Notes: generated from the letters alone by a model not told the origin. Positions 36,401 through 45,670 are shown, counted from the first letter of the whole stretch. The stretch is DNA of 63,664 bases, filler included, from Salisapilia sapeloensis CBS 127946 (GCA_023334545.1; 12 parts of 12 records of this genome joined end to end with filler, not necessarily neighbours in it), one strand, 5' to 3'. A program made the numbers and translations.

Positions 36401-36755
36401 GGCTACTTTGCACATCAGTAACCATCGCGAAGAGCTACGCGCACAGATGCAAAATGAGCTTGGAGACAAGATGAAAGCGCTTGAAGAAATACTGTCAATA
36501 CACGTCGACGATTTTGCAGTGGAAAGCCAGGAGGAGATTGCTAGTTCAATGACAATTTTGCAGTTTTTCTTTGAGTACCAAGAGATCCTGCGCAGATGGA
36601 CAAGTATGATGCAAGAGACTGTGGAATTATTTACAGCAAACAGTGAGGTTACACTTCGCTTGGAGAAAGAAGAGAGATTAAAGACTGTCTATGCAGAGCT
36701 GCGATCTAGCTTTACGCTTTCGTCTCAAGAGAGTATCAAGCTATGGAACGTTTAA
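30417..36755 (+). CDS. 2,112-aa multidomain protein: IQ motifs, helical (TPR-like) repeats, SH2-like domain, two C2 domains, C-terminal coiled coil
   Basis: IQ-like motifs IQARWRCYRAK, LQCFWRSYLAK, IQAKYRSVLAR and MQDTYRRYYCR. SH2-like YYHGKMCAEEADNFL...GSFLVH (~32421-32670). C2 at ~34131-34450 (EPKWDE) and ~35529-36025 (DALTSDPFV...NPKWEEEF...VYDCD...FLG). Confidence 0.85.
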   Translation: MGDKVFGFKTRSPLASPPRRSKRLSRNQNTHRRCNPARQNRILLEPLECSDNSSRYRGSELAEPNERDKDQTSSMIAPPKYYRQLETLPNLAQTHVQELVSGAFVKRSATRWQEYQSQRSVLNRGRNRYAMEAWNTVWSTSAVVIQARWRCYRAKCLKEALVAECWNEQIQSIKAFCTLYIIPKDNILLTEVNSFSQVMSIIPDRQLMGVYYQFPATLIAIYWRHYIHSRRVRHFRRSSVVTRLIDYPIQNVLHESSTVWRIVINLAVECLSRNLRCYLANCRFYYQFAYIHRMRAANRIKRFFRYVLANAIVSRLRQYRAAVVLQCFWRSYLAKHLVHTLRFCRFIRTVWSGYVTKAIRTVVEYTCHTAACRIQAKYRSVLARSLWRSLWCAREQARWRSNPSKGWRLFHAKQYHLAAVYFESFRQRGGIPESLDELTERKADMCERVGTPLTDIPSRIGRLSVNYASTSSIMQFLAFWQAYLSSHFARYEATGDVYSLDKAREGISFYLLHEKRLRSSVSLLSDESEKEAVWFLYWQTRLRGAQCLLWRGMQESYGQGVREAQQIYLALEQDQFQFTNKDHVHAKRQWVTHLLIILAEDAVLSKDYKKSCRYLEELVSKKFEAYAEEDLYVLLALLYMRLDGESSDKGSMYLKQAYQRFELYSSVGYYHGKMCAEEADNFLASQLSGSFLVHHLDSELVLCLRVKLDTGVHSMRIDVNKSQNLWTYSSPKQPGVIHVSLHGFIEQLPEWSGVDMEKGMRKSLHHHCLHKKLVRKQDKDYGGHLARLRKLLPWEQWQDRLLNASLTVCTRNEAWSVACFEVAKSLEIQQAWHFALLLLEEATACSNDKRLRPRILFSKARAHFHLQHQSESIKCFQRARLETSMFTDLSVQTAFLGRNFTAVERGLLVAMGKTHSEIFQNEVRRMQKLERMCIRAWQFDSLSVGMQGDPFLESLLLQRVDAELYYKCADTFFLRSLLRAHTRAFLLNEYNLDQEHVRRALSAGKHLLRLEMASGTANEFSMKRWFLDPVICTKFLNEDSRGSCLYGSSLIDQDIWNRIPCTVGLELAEILYRASISLLQAEGLDRASLIACYHKLHARWTKAMPTLKAEGERMLLRLAFLSLEYGSTDQSYFDWSLYYINLLIINRENGHAGRNDITWPVNARLPSSLSLPELYFIRGFIRETSLYYTNEVPNANLTLLWSDYDRLYQQLHKYVLDDEIAAKREKDRHAAHKEDNLETIRIYIGATKNVVLKEVLRSRPYLIVACGRKSYSIHTPPDWSTLEPKWDEYVEVHVRDPDDTIVISLYNRLNSQSMSQAQCVGSVKLSIRELMSMENSEGQFFPFVHQQRLSTLGQIFLQFQLLLKKDIPRRSRKLRRRGHWDLDELRNYLPGDVELFASSRWVWSKLGHIFKRDKEFAIAAWFYIKAVDCCSTTLLKSSTLIQLGAAKDTLSLLWCADAGSCQAIQVDTSYLVRQAESLLERIPQISYDTELECAKLSADVEYWQTKLNGEDTVSPCTQEIRKRRPASSTWVKVSGNTLEGTISEMYVDYLNIDTGETFCSLAGEEPLEYEPNEHDAAENTSYTQRSVCMSVEMQERVRVCLDQIIDEDLNDTNHCYVLKNREGRLLHYYHSHLIGSISSFTINEWTMYCIIRMQDTYRRYYCRKRKRRAFKGVLWCVVKVLSLYSSSRAHLYAQREAARKKKLSLLTITIEDAQSLRIADALTSDPFVLVSLIDPQGQVVVQGETSVCHNTVNPKWEEEFEFDYEYTRHERLRLACHSGRKRRQKRDVEKNSFASTLVFEVYDCDYISSAKTTEEEQDSSDGSREFLGMATVSIDQFENGALWTFELPLKDEDNETSPRSRGILRVGIQWTARRRDLSLLTVSSIIKSSQPRRPQRPPVPEQICTKLNLLGKKANTISRELLLLGTTVLPQVAQLARKWALANQTAKTAEEAKVLEIRLNGYVEADLAPRQASMSDQMLAWKSQAKEFQEEIRHLATLHISNHREELRAQMQNELGDKMKALEEILSIHVDDFAVESQEEIASSMTILQFFFEYQEILRRWTSMMQETVELFTANSEVTLRLEKEERLKTVYAELRSSFTLSSQESIKLWNV

Positions 36756-36963
36756 ATGGTGTATGAAAGATGCCATTGGCACAAGTACTAGTGATGACAT
36801 ATGCACAGTGTTGTCTGCGCGGCTGCTAGCGCATCGTCCTATCAATCAAAGTCATACATTGTACCGAGTAGAGTTTCGACCATCATCAGCATACACGAAA
36901 CTACTTTGATAACGTTTGATTTGATCGCGAATAAAAAGTAAATTGGCTTTCGTATCACTCTTC

Positions 36964-38058
36964 CTATTCTCGTCCGCATTGCTTACGTACGTGGCTTCTC
37001 AGCGCCTCATCAATGTCTTCCACCTCCTTATAGGACGGGAAGTAGTTCACGTCAATCACATAGTAGTCGTTCGTCGCGTCGTCGATGATAACGTCGTAGC
37101 CAAACAGCGACAACTTGACTTCCTTCTTAATCCGTTCGCCAATTCTTTTCACATCTGCAATAATCTTCTCCATCTGCTCACTCGAAGGTGCTGCCGTCAG
37201 GTCCGGCACGGCTGCAGATGCAGACGATGTCGTCCGGTCCGGCGTTGGGTGAAAGTCGTGGTGATTCGGATACTGCCGTTGGGTATCAAAGTGGACGTGC
37301 TCCGCCTTCTCAGTCAAGTTTGGCAATGACGCTCGCACGTTCACGTCAATGCGCTCGCCCATGACGTAGCCTTTAAATAGTCGTCCACTATGGTTCAAGT
37401 ACTCTTGGAAGAGACAAGAGTACTCGAGTTCATGCAAGTCATCCACACGCGTGATCACGCTCATCTTATGCGAGCGATCCGTAGCTATGAGCATGCAATG
37501 AGAATCTTTCTGCTGCTATAGATAAGGGATAGACATACCACAAGCTTCGATCGACTTGTTGATAACAGGCAGCGCGAGCTCTTCGTTTTCAATCATACTG
37601 CGTAGCTCCTCGAAGTCGTCTTTCGAGTTGACGACCTTGTATTTGGGGACGTGGAAGACGATGCCTTCATCGTCCTCCAAGGGTTTCTCGAGTCCACGAA
37701 GCATTTCACATGCCAAGCTCCGGTCCGTAAGCTGACGGACACTCTCGAGCGGATCGATAAACGTCACTTGGTTCTTGTATTTTTTCTCAAAGTCCTGCAT
37801 GAGATCCAGTCGGGTCTTGGCGACTTCATTCCCGAGCGACGCCGTGACCATTTCGTGCGCTAGTTTATGCAATACAGCATCGAACGGACCATATCTGTCC
37901 ATGACCATTTCAGGCGTAAGGTCTTTAGCGTCTGCGAGTGTCATGATCTCGAAGCGGACGCCGCCACGAGGTCCACCACCAAGGACTTTTTCTAGTCGTT
38001 TGAGCTTAATGTCTGGCAAAATGACTGCCGCAACTACTGTATCGTCTTCGTTTCCCAT
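36964..38058 (-). CDS. ITPK1: Inositol-tetrakisphosphate 1-kinase (ATP-grasp); exons 38058-37539 and 37484-36964
   Basis: FDAVLHKL, IDPLESVRQL.DR, QEYLNHSGRLFKGYVMG and LFGYDVII...YYVIDVNYFPSY. A 54-nt GT-AG intron joins the two ORFs. Confidence 0.93.
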
Positions 38059-38606
38059 GCTTCTGTCGTTGTCTATTGAGTGTTGTAGCGCAGATTCGGA
38101 TATGAGCGTATACTGTGCTGTGGCAGTAGCGAACGATCTTTATAATTTGTTTCGTGCGTGAATATTTCTTAAGGCATTTTATTGGTTGTAAATATTTAGT
38201 AGACAAGTATCTACTCGGGATGAGATCGGTATGGATGGGGTATGTGACACTGGAGTTTGGATAGCTGGGTAGAGTCGGTATATCTTCAATGTGAAGATGC
38301 AGAAAGATGAGGTGGCTGTCGTATACGAGGATAGAGAGAACTGGTGTGTTTTGAAAGAAATGGATGACGCAAGGTGTTTTGCGTCTTCAGAGTGGTGACG
38401 ACAGGATGTATGTGCGAACCTATGGTGTGGCTAGAGTAGAGGCAACTAAAAAGTTCAAGCAACGTTGCAAATCGGGATTGCTACTACTTCCTACGTTTCC
38501 ATTGACGATCGTGATCAAAATGATGAGCACAAACAACAGATCTCTTTCTGATCTTGGATACTTCTGAATATTTGTCTTTTGTTTACTATTTTTACCAACG
38601 AGTCTT

Positions 38607-38859
38607 TCAAGCGTACTTCGGAAGAGGCTTAATCCCACTACCGATATCCTTGGACGTAGACTGGAAGCGACCGGCATCTCGAACGTCGATGCGGGTCATT
38701 AGTGGATTGAGCTGCTGGACAGTGCTTTCGAGTCGCATGCTTTCCTTGAGTTTAAACCGCTGCGGCCTGCTATGATTCTTGGGTTTCGGGTCGTAGTTGG
38801 TAGATCCCAAGACCGTGTTGTGCTTGACAAGCGCGACGGTAGACTGGTTCATCTTTTGC
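38607..38859 (-). CDS. Internal or 3' fragment of an unidentified gene (contig end)
   Basis: The frame is open from the contig end (KMNQSTVALVKHN...KPLPKYA), with a possible GTACGC donor near the end. No family recognised. Confidence 0.3.
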
Positions 38860-38959
38860 NNNNNNNNNNNNNNNNNNNNNNNNNNNNNNNNNNNNNNNNN
38901 NNNTTAATTAATTAANNNNNNNNNNNNNNNNNNNNNNNNNNNNNNNNNNNNNNNNNNNN
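38860..38959. other. Artificial contig linker
   Basis: Same 100-nt spacer. Confidence 0.98.
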
Positions 38960-39100
38960 CGCAGTCGTAATGTTGGCACCACCTAGCGACAGAAGAGAAA
39001 GAAAACGCGAATAATATTTCTTAGATCACCAAACACCAATGGAAACTTGGGCACAAGAAGTTTTTAGGATGGACTTTGCATGTGAAAAGAAAAAGATATG
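38960..39100 (+). repeat. Left arm of 141-bp perfect terminal inverted repeat (partner 40646-40786)
   Basis: Exact reverse complement of 40646-40786. Confidence 0.95.
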
Positions 39101-40645
39101 CGTAATGTAGTTCCTGTGTGGATTGTTGTTAAACTCGAAATAACATGTAATTTTAACTTTGTCGAAATTGAAGATCTTGGTCGTACGATGAAGTAGCCTC
39201 TCCGATTTGAGAAGTGTAAATGAGCGTTATACTTATGAACTTATGACTGGGAGGCGCACAGTAAGAATGCGCTGATTTCAGACAGCAATGCAAATGACAG
39301 AACTTAGATACGTCTACGTGACTGTTTTCCGAGCTGTACATTAATAGGCTTTCCAGGTCGTATATTTTGAGGCTCATTACCGAGTCGTACGGTGTCTGTT
39401 GTGCTTTGCAAAGTCTTCTGTAAATTTCGGTCAACGAAGTAGCTCATAGTAGCTCGTGTAAATTCCTTCACTGTTATAGAGCGAAAGTACCAAGCTGCGC
39501 CACATGAAGTCGATTTACATTCTCATCAATGACGCAAAGCACAGCTTTTGTCCAACGGTTAGAATCCCTCATAGTTTTGTTGAACTATGATTCATATCAA
39601 AGTGCTAGACGATAATGGAGAAGTGAACTCGCACATATAAAAATCTCTAATCACAACGCGGTTAGATGATGTTGGCATGCTGTTTTCTCTTAATCTGAGC
39701 TCTTTCGTCATGTTTGTGATACTTTTCTCCATTATCACGAATATCGATAAGCCACATTGGGCTCAGCGTGGCCACCTTATACATGTAGCATCTACCGGCA
39801 GCACGACGATTGAAAGCATTTTGTAAACAATTATTTGTATGAGACTACTCCTTCATTGTATGCTGCCTACAAAGTCAGCAAACCTCTGTTCTCCTCTTTA
39901 AAGCTAAGCCACCTACGATGTTCTTACCGCGAACCGACAACCAAAAGACTAGCATTTTCTTTTACTTGATGTCAAAATTGAGGCATCAATAATAGAAGTG
40001 TGATACTGTCCATCATCATGGGGATCGTAGCTACGATCAGGAGGATACAATTGGCTTCAAGTATCTATAGAGTAGAGCAAAAGCCAGCTATGAGCAGACG
40101 GATACCTTTGTGTTTAAACATCTTACTGATAGTTACTGTAAGGGTAAATGACTTTCATGTCCTCTTTTCTTCTTGGCTGTATTCAGATTCATGCAAATGC
40201 TAATCTACGATGGAAGATTGCCATTTTCTTGTCTACAAATCTAGCTACAAAGCAGAAGACTGCATTTTGTTTACTCTTGCTTGCTGATGCAAATCTATTG
40301 CTCTGCTTAAAGAATAGCATTAGGCCTTGAGCACTACCTTCATCCAGCTATGGACGAATGTCAGCTAGACAGACTACGTGGAGTATCATGTACAAGATCA
40401 ACGCAATAGGGATCCGCACCATGTCAAACTGAGACTATAAATGTGTTCCAAAGTCGTCAGCTTGATTATACTTCATCTAAAATGACAATTTACGTTTCAA
40501 GAGCTCAAATAGGTTATCTTTAAAAACTAAGAACAGAGGCATCATAATATGATCAACAGCAACACTACAAAATAATTTATACACTGCACTGATCAGCACA
40601 CTGAAGACCAATTCACTTCATGCATACTTTTGACGTAAATTACCC

Positions 40646-40786
40646 CATATCTTTTTCTTTTCACATGCAAAGTCCATCCTAAAAACTTCTTGTGCCCAAG
40701 TTTCCATTGGTGTTTGGTGATCTAAGAAATATTATTCGCGTTTTCTTTCTCTTCTGTCGCTAGGTGGTGCCAACATTACGACTGCG
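40646..40786 (-). repeat. Right arm of 141-bp terminal inverted repeat
   Basis: Direct comparison. Confidence 0.95.
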
Positions 40787-40886
40787 NNNNNNNNNNNNNN
40801 NNNNNNNNNNNNNNNNNNNNNNNNNNNNNNTTAATTAATTAANNNNNNNNNNNNNNNNNNNNNNNNNNNNNNNNNNNNNNNNNNNN
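40787..40886. other. Artificial contig linker
   Basis: Same 100-nt spacer. Confidence 0.98.
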
Positions 40887-41626
40887 CCGAATGAAGACGA
40901 AGCACTGGATGACCAAGTGATCACCGTCTATTGTCCAAACACGGGGCCCATGGTCGGCTTGCTCGACACCCCGAACGCCCGCGTCCAACTCTCCAGGAGC
41001 AACGACACCAAACGCAAGTACGCGTATACGCTCGAAATGATCCAAATCCACGTAATCTTTCCAACTACTTGGCATATCCGAAAATCTAAACAATGGCGTA
41101 GAATGGAGAGCGCCACGTATGGGTCGGTGTCCACTCCGCCTTGGCCAACAAGATGGTCGAACGAGCACTAGCCCGCCACTGGCTGCCGCAGCTGTCCAAC
41201 GGCTACCACACACTGCGTCGAGAAGTGTCGTACGCCAAAGCCAGTCGAGTCGACTTTGTCCTCTCGAACGAGACCAAGGAAAAGTTCGTCGAAGTTAAGA
41301 GCGTGACGCTGGGTCTCTCATGCAATCAAGATCGATGCGCAGTGTTTCCGGATACCATCTCCACTCGCGCCCAAAAGCACGTGCAAGAGCTGACGGAACT
41401 AGTCGATGACAAGCACACTGGTGCCATCATGTTCCTCGTCCAGCGAGATGACTGCACTTCCTTCGCTCCATCCGACCAGCACGACGCTACATTCGCAGAG
41501 CTATGCTCGCAAGCACGTGACCAAGGCATCCAGCTACTCGCATCCAGCGCCCGACTGGAGCCGAACGAAGAGGATAACACCGGCCGAGTCGTTCTTCTCG
41601 ACAGCCTCGAACCGAAAGACATGTAA
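40887..41626 (+). CDS. sfsA: SfsA-family (sugar fermentation stimulation) PD-(D/E)xK nuclease-fold protein, 5' truncated; exons <40887-41051 and 41102-41626
   Basis: YCPNTGPM, SNDTKRKYAYTLE, WVGVHSALAN, RREVSY...SRVDFVL...FVEVKSVTL, FPDTISTRAQKHVQEL and FLVQRDD are all SfsA hallmarks. A 50-nt GTAATC...TAG intron joins the frames. Confidence 0.92.
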
Positions 41627-41976
41627 CTTTGTCATCAACGCGCTCGTTTCGATCGAACTAGATGTCTCGTAGGAAGACAGGACCGATGCTAAAGTTTTCC
41701 CAGCGAACGAGCGACATGACTAGCTCGACCATCCAATGGGACGCAAAGGAAGTCATGCCGTGAGCCAGCGACCCACCAAACTCTAGTTCGCATGTATTCA
41801 CTTCCTCTGCCTCGTCTCGAACGTTGGTCAGCTTCGCCCTACAAGTTGTATCAGCATCTCTCTCCTAGCTTCTATCACCTGAATCGTACCACATGAAGTT
41901 TTCCATCCATTGCTCTCTTTCCTGCAGCCTACTGCGAATCGTCGTCGATGGCAACGTACGCATGACGACGAGATAC

Positions 41977-42076
41977 NNNNNNNNNNNNNNNNNNNNNNNN
42001 NNNNNNNNNNNNNNNNNNNNTTAATTAATTAANNNNNNNNNNNNNNNNNNNNNNNNNNNNNNNNNNNNNNNNNNNN
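41977..42076. other. Artificial contig linker
   Basis: Same 100-nt spacer. Confidence 0.98.
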
Positions 42077-42078
42077 AG

Positions 42079-42318
42079 ATGGTGGACGAGAGCAAGGCGG
42101 ATGAAATGGAGTCTGTCAAGAGCCTCGTGTCGGAACACGTTGAGCGCACTGGCTCCGGCTTGGCCAAGGACATCCTTGAGAGCTGGGAGACGGAGAAGCA
42201 CAAGTTCAAGCGCGTGATGCCGCTGGACTACAAGAAGGTGCTGATCATGGAGGAAGTGATGAAGCAGGGCGGCGTGAACGAGGCCGGCGTCCAGCACAAG
42301 GCGACCACGTACCTCTGA
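42079..42318 (+). CDS. gltB: Glutamate synthase (GOGAT) alpha/large subunit, C-terminal fragment
   Basis: LVSEHVERTGSGLAKDILESWETEKHKFKRVMPLDYKKVL matches the end of the GltB GXGXG domain. Confidence 0.88.
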   Translation: MVDESKADEMESVKSLVSEHVERTGSGLAKDILESWETEKHKFKRVMPLDYKKVLIMEEVMKQGGVNEAGVQHKATTYL

Positions 42319-43487
42319 TCTGGTGGTCCTGCGTATGCGTCCCTGTGGCTGTCTATCCTCTCGAGTCGGCAGTGACGATGTTCGGCAGTAGTTATAGCGA
42401 GGTGGTCGACTCCTGTTCGAGATTCCTCCTGCCTTTTTTATCAGTATGCAATTTAATGGTAGAAACACGAGAGGTGCGGTTCGTTTGTTTTGTCAGTCTG
42501 TGTATGTGCTGTTGGTGGGGGTAGCTTTGTGGTGAGGACTTGGAGAAGAGGCGGGTGGAAGTGGATGGTAGTTGGAACCGAATATTTGTGTCTGTAGCTA
42601 GGGACTGCTGTCAGTGTACTTGGATCAAAGTTTCCATGTCTAGAGGTGATCATACGCATTCCTCAGGTCAATACGAACAAAGCCTACGGGTGCAAATGTC
42701 CAAAGCATCTTGATGCGGATTCCCATCCCGACGCAGAGTGAAGTAGTCAGAGATGGCAAAGAGGTGTCCATTCTGTTGAAACTTTCCATTGGTCTTGGTG
42801 CTTCTGTCGTCCACTTCCTTTGATCAGACCTGTCTGTCGACCTCTTTGGTAGAAAGCAAAGACAAATGCCACTTTTCAGTTTGCCGACGTCTTCATAGAG
42901 CAGAACGAGGACGTGACCGTGACGGACAAGCACTTCTGCAAGCTATAGCAGAGGACTGTCAGGCATCTCACTTCCTTCGGAGACTGTCGTATACGTCCGG
43001 TGAACCCTGCAGCTAACAGTGGTAATCTGGATGTGGTCGTGTCACACGACGAAGGCCAACAGAAGATATGCATCAAAGATATAATGAACTAGGCTTTAGC
43101 CGACAGACACTTCTATGAGCTCCAGTGACCTATCGGCAGCATGTTTGAAGAATCGATCCAAGCCGCAAAGCCACAAAGCCAAAATGCACCATGAGACGGC
43201 CAACTTCTCTTTCTCCGTTGATTGCATAAAGAGAATCAAGAGTTTATCCTTACTGAAGGTCTCGAAATTACCACCTTTAATAGACAAAGAGAGAAGGCAT
43301 TATCGATACTAACCAAGTAGCCTCCAGCTCTTCGATGCTTTCTCGGAAGTCTCAACGTATCCAGTTATACAAGAGCTGACTTCTAGGTAAAGAACAACAA
43401 CGACCATTGAACTCTTTATCGCGTACAAGCAACAGACTTGACGCACTCACGCTCCATCGCCAACCCAAACACATCGCATAACAAACT

Positions 43488-44673
43488 TCACTTGTGCTTG
43501 GACTTGCGATGTCCTGTCCGGCGCTTCGACCTGGGCGTTGAACGCTCTGTTGTAGCGGTTGATGACAGTGGAAACTCAATCTCTGCTTTCGGCTGCCGAA
43601 ATGGCAAAAGCCACTCGGCCACGCGATCCGCAAACGAGACGCTCGAGTGGTTCTCGTCCACCTTCTGTCGCTTCCATCTCGGCTTCCCACTTACCTCGGG
43701 CTGTCCTGCGAAGCGATCCATAGAATGCAGATGGTATCGTTTCCGCTGCTGGATGGCCACGTCGGAGGTTGTCGTGGACACGGGCAAGTCGTAGTCAGAG
43801 GTCACATCCTTCCCCTTTAGCTGCTGCATCGGCACCTGTCGATCGCATCCACCAGGGCTTTATCCTTTCTAATACTGTCTGGGCATGAACATGACTACGT
43901 ACGTATTGCTCCGACGTTTCATAGATCGTCGGATGGATGTCGGCATAGCTCTGTAGCTCCCGGATCTGGTTCTGTAGCAGCTCCGCTTCGCACTTGACTG
44001 CCTGCAATCGAGACCGGCTGCATCGGAGTCCGAGCAGGACCTCTCCGACGGGCTCTTGGTTGTCGTTGGCGATCGTCCTCCATTCTTCCTGCAGCCTTTC
44101 GTCTCGAAGGTCTGCCAGTGCTAGCCGCACGCTACCGATGACTGTGTCTCTGCCAATCTACATTTGCCATTGTGTCAAGAGCTTCTCTTACGACGCTGTG
44201 TGACAAGTAAGACGCATACCCACTCTTCCTGCAGAACGCCCACGTGCAGAAATACTTGGGAATGACGCACGGCTGAAAAGACCAGCCTCTCTTGCCACCT
44301 GTTCCAGGACACGACCGTCAATTACCACTCCAACCGAATGACACTACAGAACTCGTTACGATGGACAAGCCGACGCTGGCTGCTTCCGAGTACACTGGTC
44401 GCTGTCGCCCACCATGCAACTGCCGCGAGGCTCCAGCAACATACGCAAGTACATCGCTCCGGCTGCAAAGAGCCCCGACTTGAAGTGCAAGTTGCGTCCG
44501 CCGGCGATGGTAACCTCGACCGACGCGAGACTCCTTCCTTCGGAGTCGACATCCACACCCGCTTCGGTGTGGTAGAATCTGCTTTGGCCGAGCGTCTGGA
44601 TCTCTAGCTGCTTGGCACGCAGCTGCGTCTTCAACTGCTGGATCTGCGCCTCCACGTCCTCCACCAAGCTCAT
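43488..44673 (-). CDS. C2-domain protein flanked by coiled coils, 4 exons (44673-44360, 44298-44220, 44157-43903, 43835-43488)
   Basis: VEVTIAGGRNL...PSWQERLVF...IGRDTVIGSVRLALADL...GEVLLGL is assembled by three GT-AG introns (61, 62, 67 nt) that keep the frame. Confidence 0.75.
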
Positions 44674-44748
44674 AACCTCTTGGTAATGTCGTCTGCCCCT
44701 TGACGCCTTAGCTTACTCGTCGTCAGATTTCGTTGGTGGAAAATGAAG

Positions 44749-44848
44749 NNNNNNNNNNNNNNNNNNNNNNNNNNNNNNNNNNNNNNNNNNNNTTAATTAA
44801 TTAANNNNNNNNNNNNNNNNNNNNNNNNNNNNNNNNNNNNNNNNNNNN
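44749..44848. other. Artificial contig linker
   Basis: Same 100-nt spacer. Confidence 0.98.
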
Positions 44849-45670
44849 CTTTCATGATTTGTCCTCAGTTAGCCTGCCTATTACACGAATGCAAGGATCC
44901 CGCACTCAGATCCGAGAAGTAGGATCGTGCAAGTCGTGTTGGAATCGGAGCTGAATACAGTCCCGACATGTCCGATCACTATACTCGGACATGCACATTC
45001 GAACTCAGTGGATCCTCACAGCTACTTACTGTCTAAGGGTTGAAGCATATATTGTGGTTTTATAAACGACGCATCAGTAGAAACTTGGACTAGTTTGGAA
45101 AGCATTGATAGACCGGCGTGGGTGGCAACTGGTGCTAGGGTCGAGGGAATGACATGGGCTTTACTAAGTTAATGCTAGATATTTGATTCCATCGCAATGG
45201 TGTACGCAACGCCAAATGAAATTGAATATATGTATATATATACATACAGCGTTAAAGTACTGAAGACGGTCGGGTTCGATACGGTGGTTCCGTCCAACTA
45301 TCTATGAAGTATCTCGTGCACATTTGCCTTGCTTCGTGCGAAAGTTTGTAACTAAAATTTCCTTATAGATTTCTCCTGCATATTAGTATGACGAATTAAA
45401 AATGTCCTTGTGCCGTAGTCTGCAACACATTACTGACTTATGGCATTTTTTCGATGAAAGATGGCTGTTCGACAACGAAGCGAATCCGTTTGGCTTTCCT
45501 GTTACTATAGCATCACTATGCATGACATTTAAACACCATACCTAAATTCAGGCAGCGTAAAGCGAAGGGCAGGAATAGCGTATACAAGCGCATGATTGGA
45601 CCAAGGGATGCTTTCGCACAGACGGAACACTTCATTGCGGTAATTTACTTTTATGTAATTGGAAGATTGC

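Noticed and set aside
19979-40786. The shared 141-bp length as a conserved TIR size of one element family
   Set aside because: The three repeats share no sequence and one continues beyond 141 after a mismatch. The length is best explained by assembler k-mer size.
40887-41626. SfsA contig as bacterial contamination
   Set aside because: The reading frame needs a canonical spliceosomal intron, and there is no operon context.
18581-44848. Apparent clustering of glycosyltransferase, SfsA, GOGAT, tRNA and transposase as an island or operon
   Set aside because: They lie on different contigs joined by artificial linkers, so adjacency carries no information.
45255-45295. CTGAAGA...GGTCGGGTTCGATAC resembling a tRNA-Phe anticodon loop and T-loop
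   Set aside because: No anticodon stem, D-arm or acceptor stem can be formed. At most it is an unrecognisable relic.
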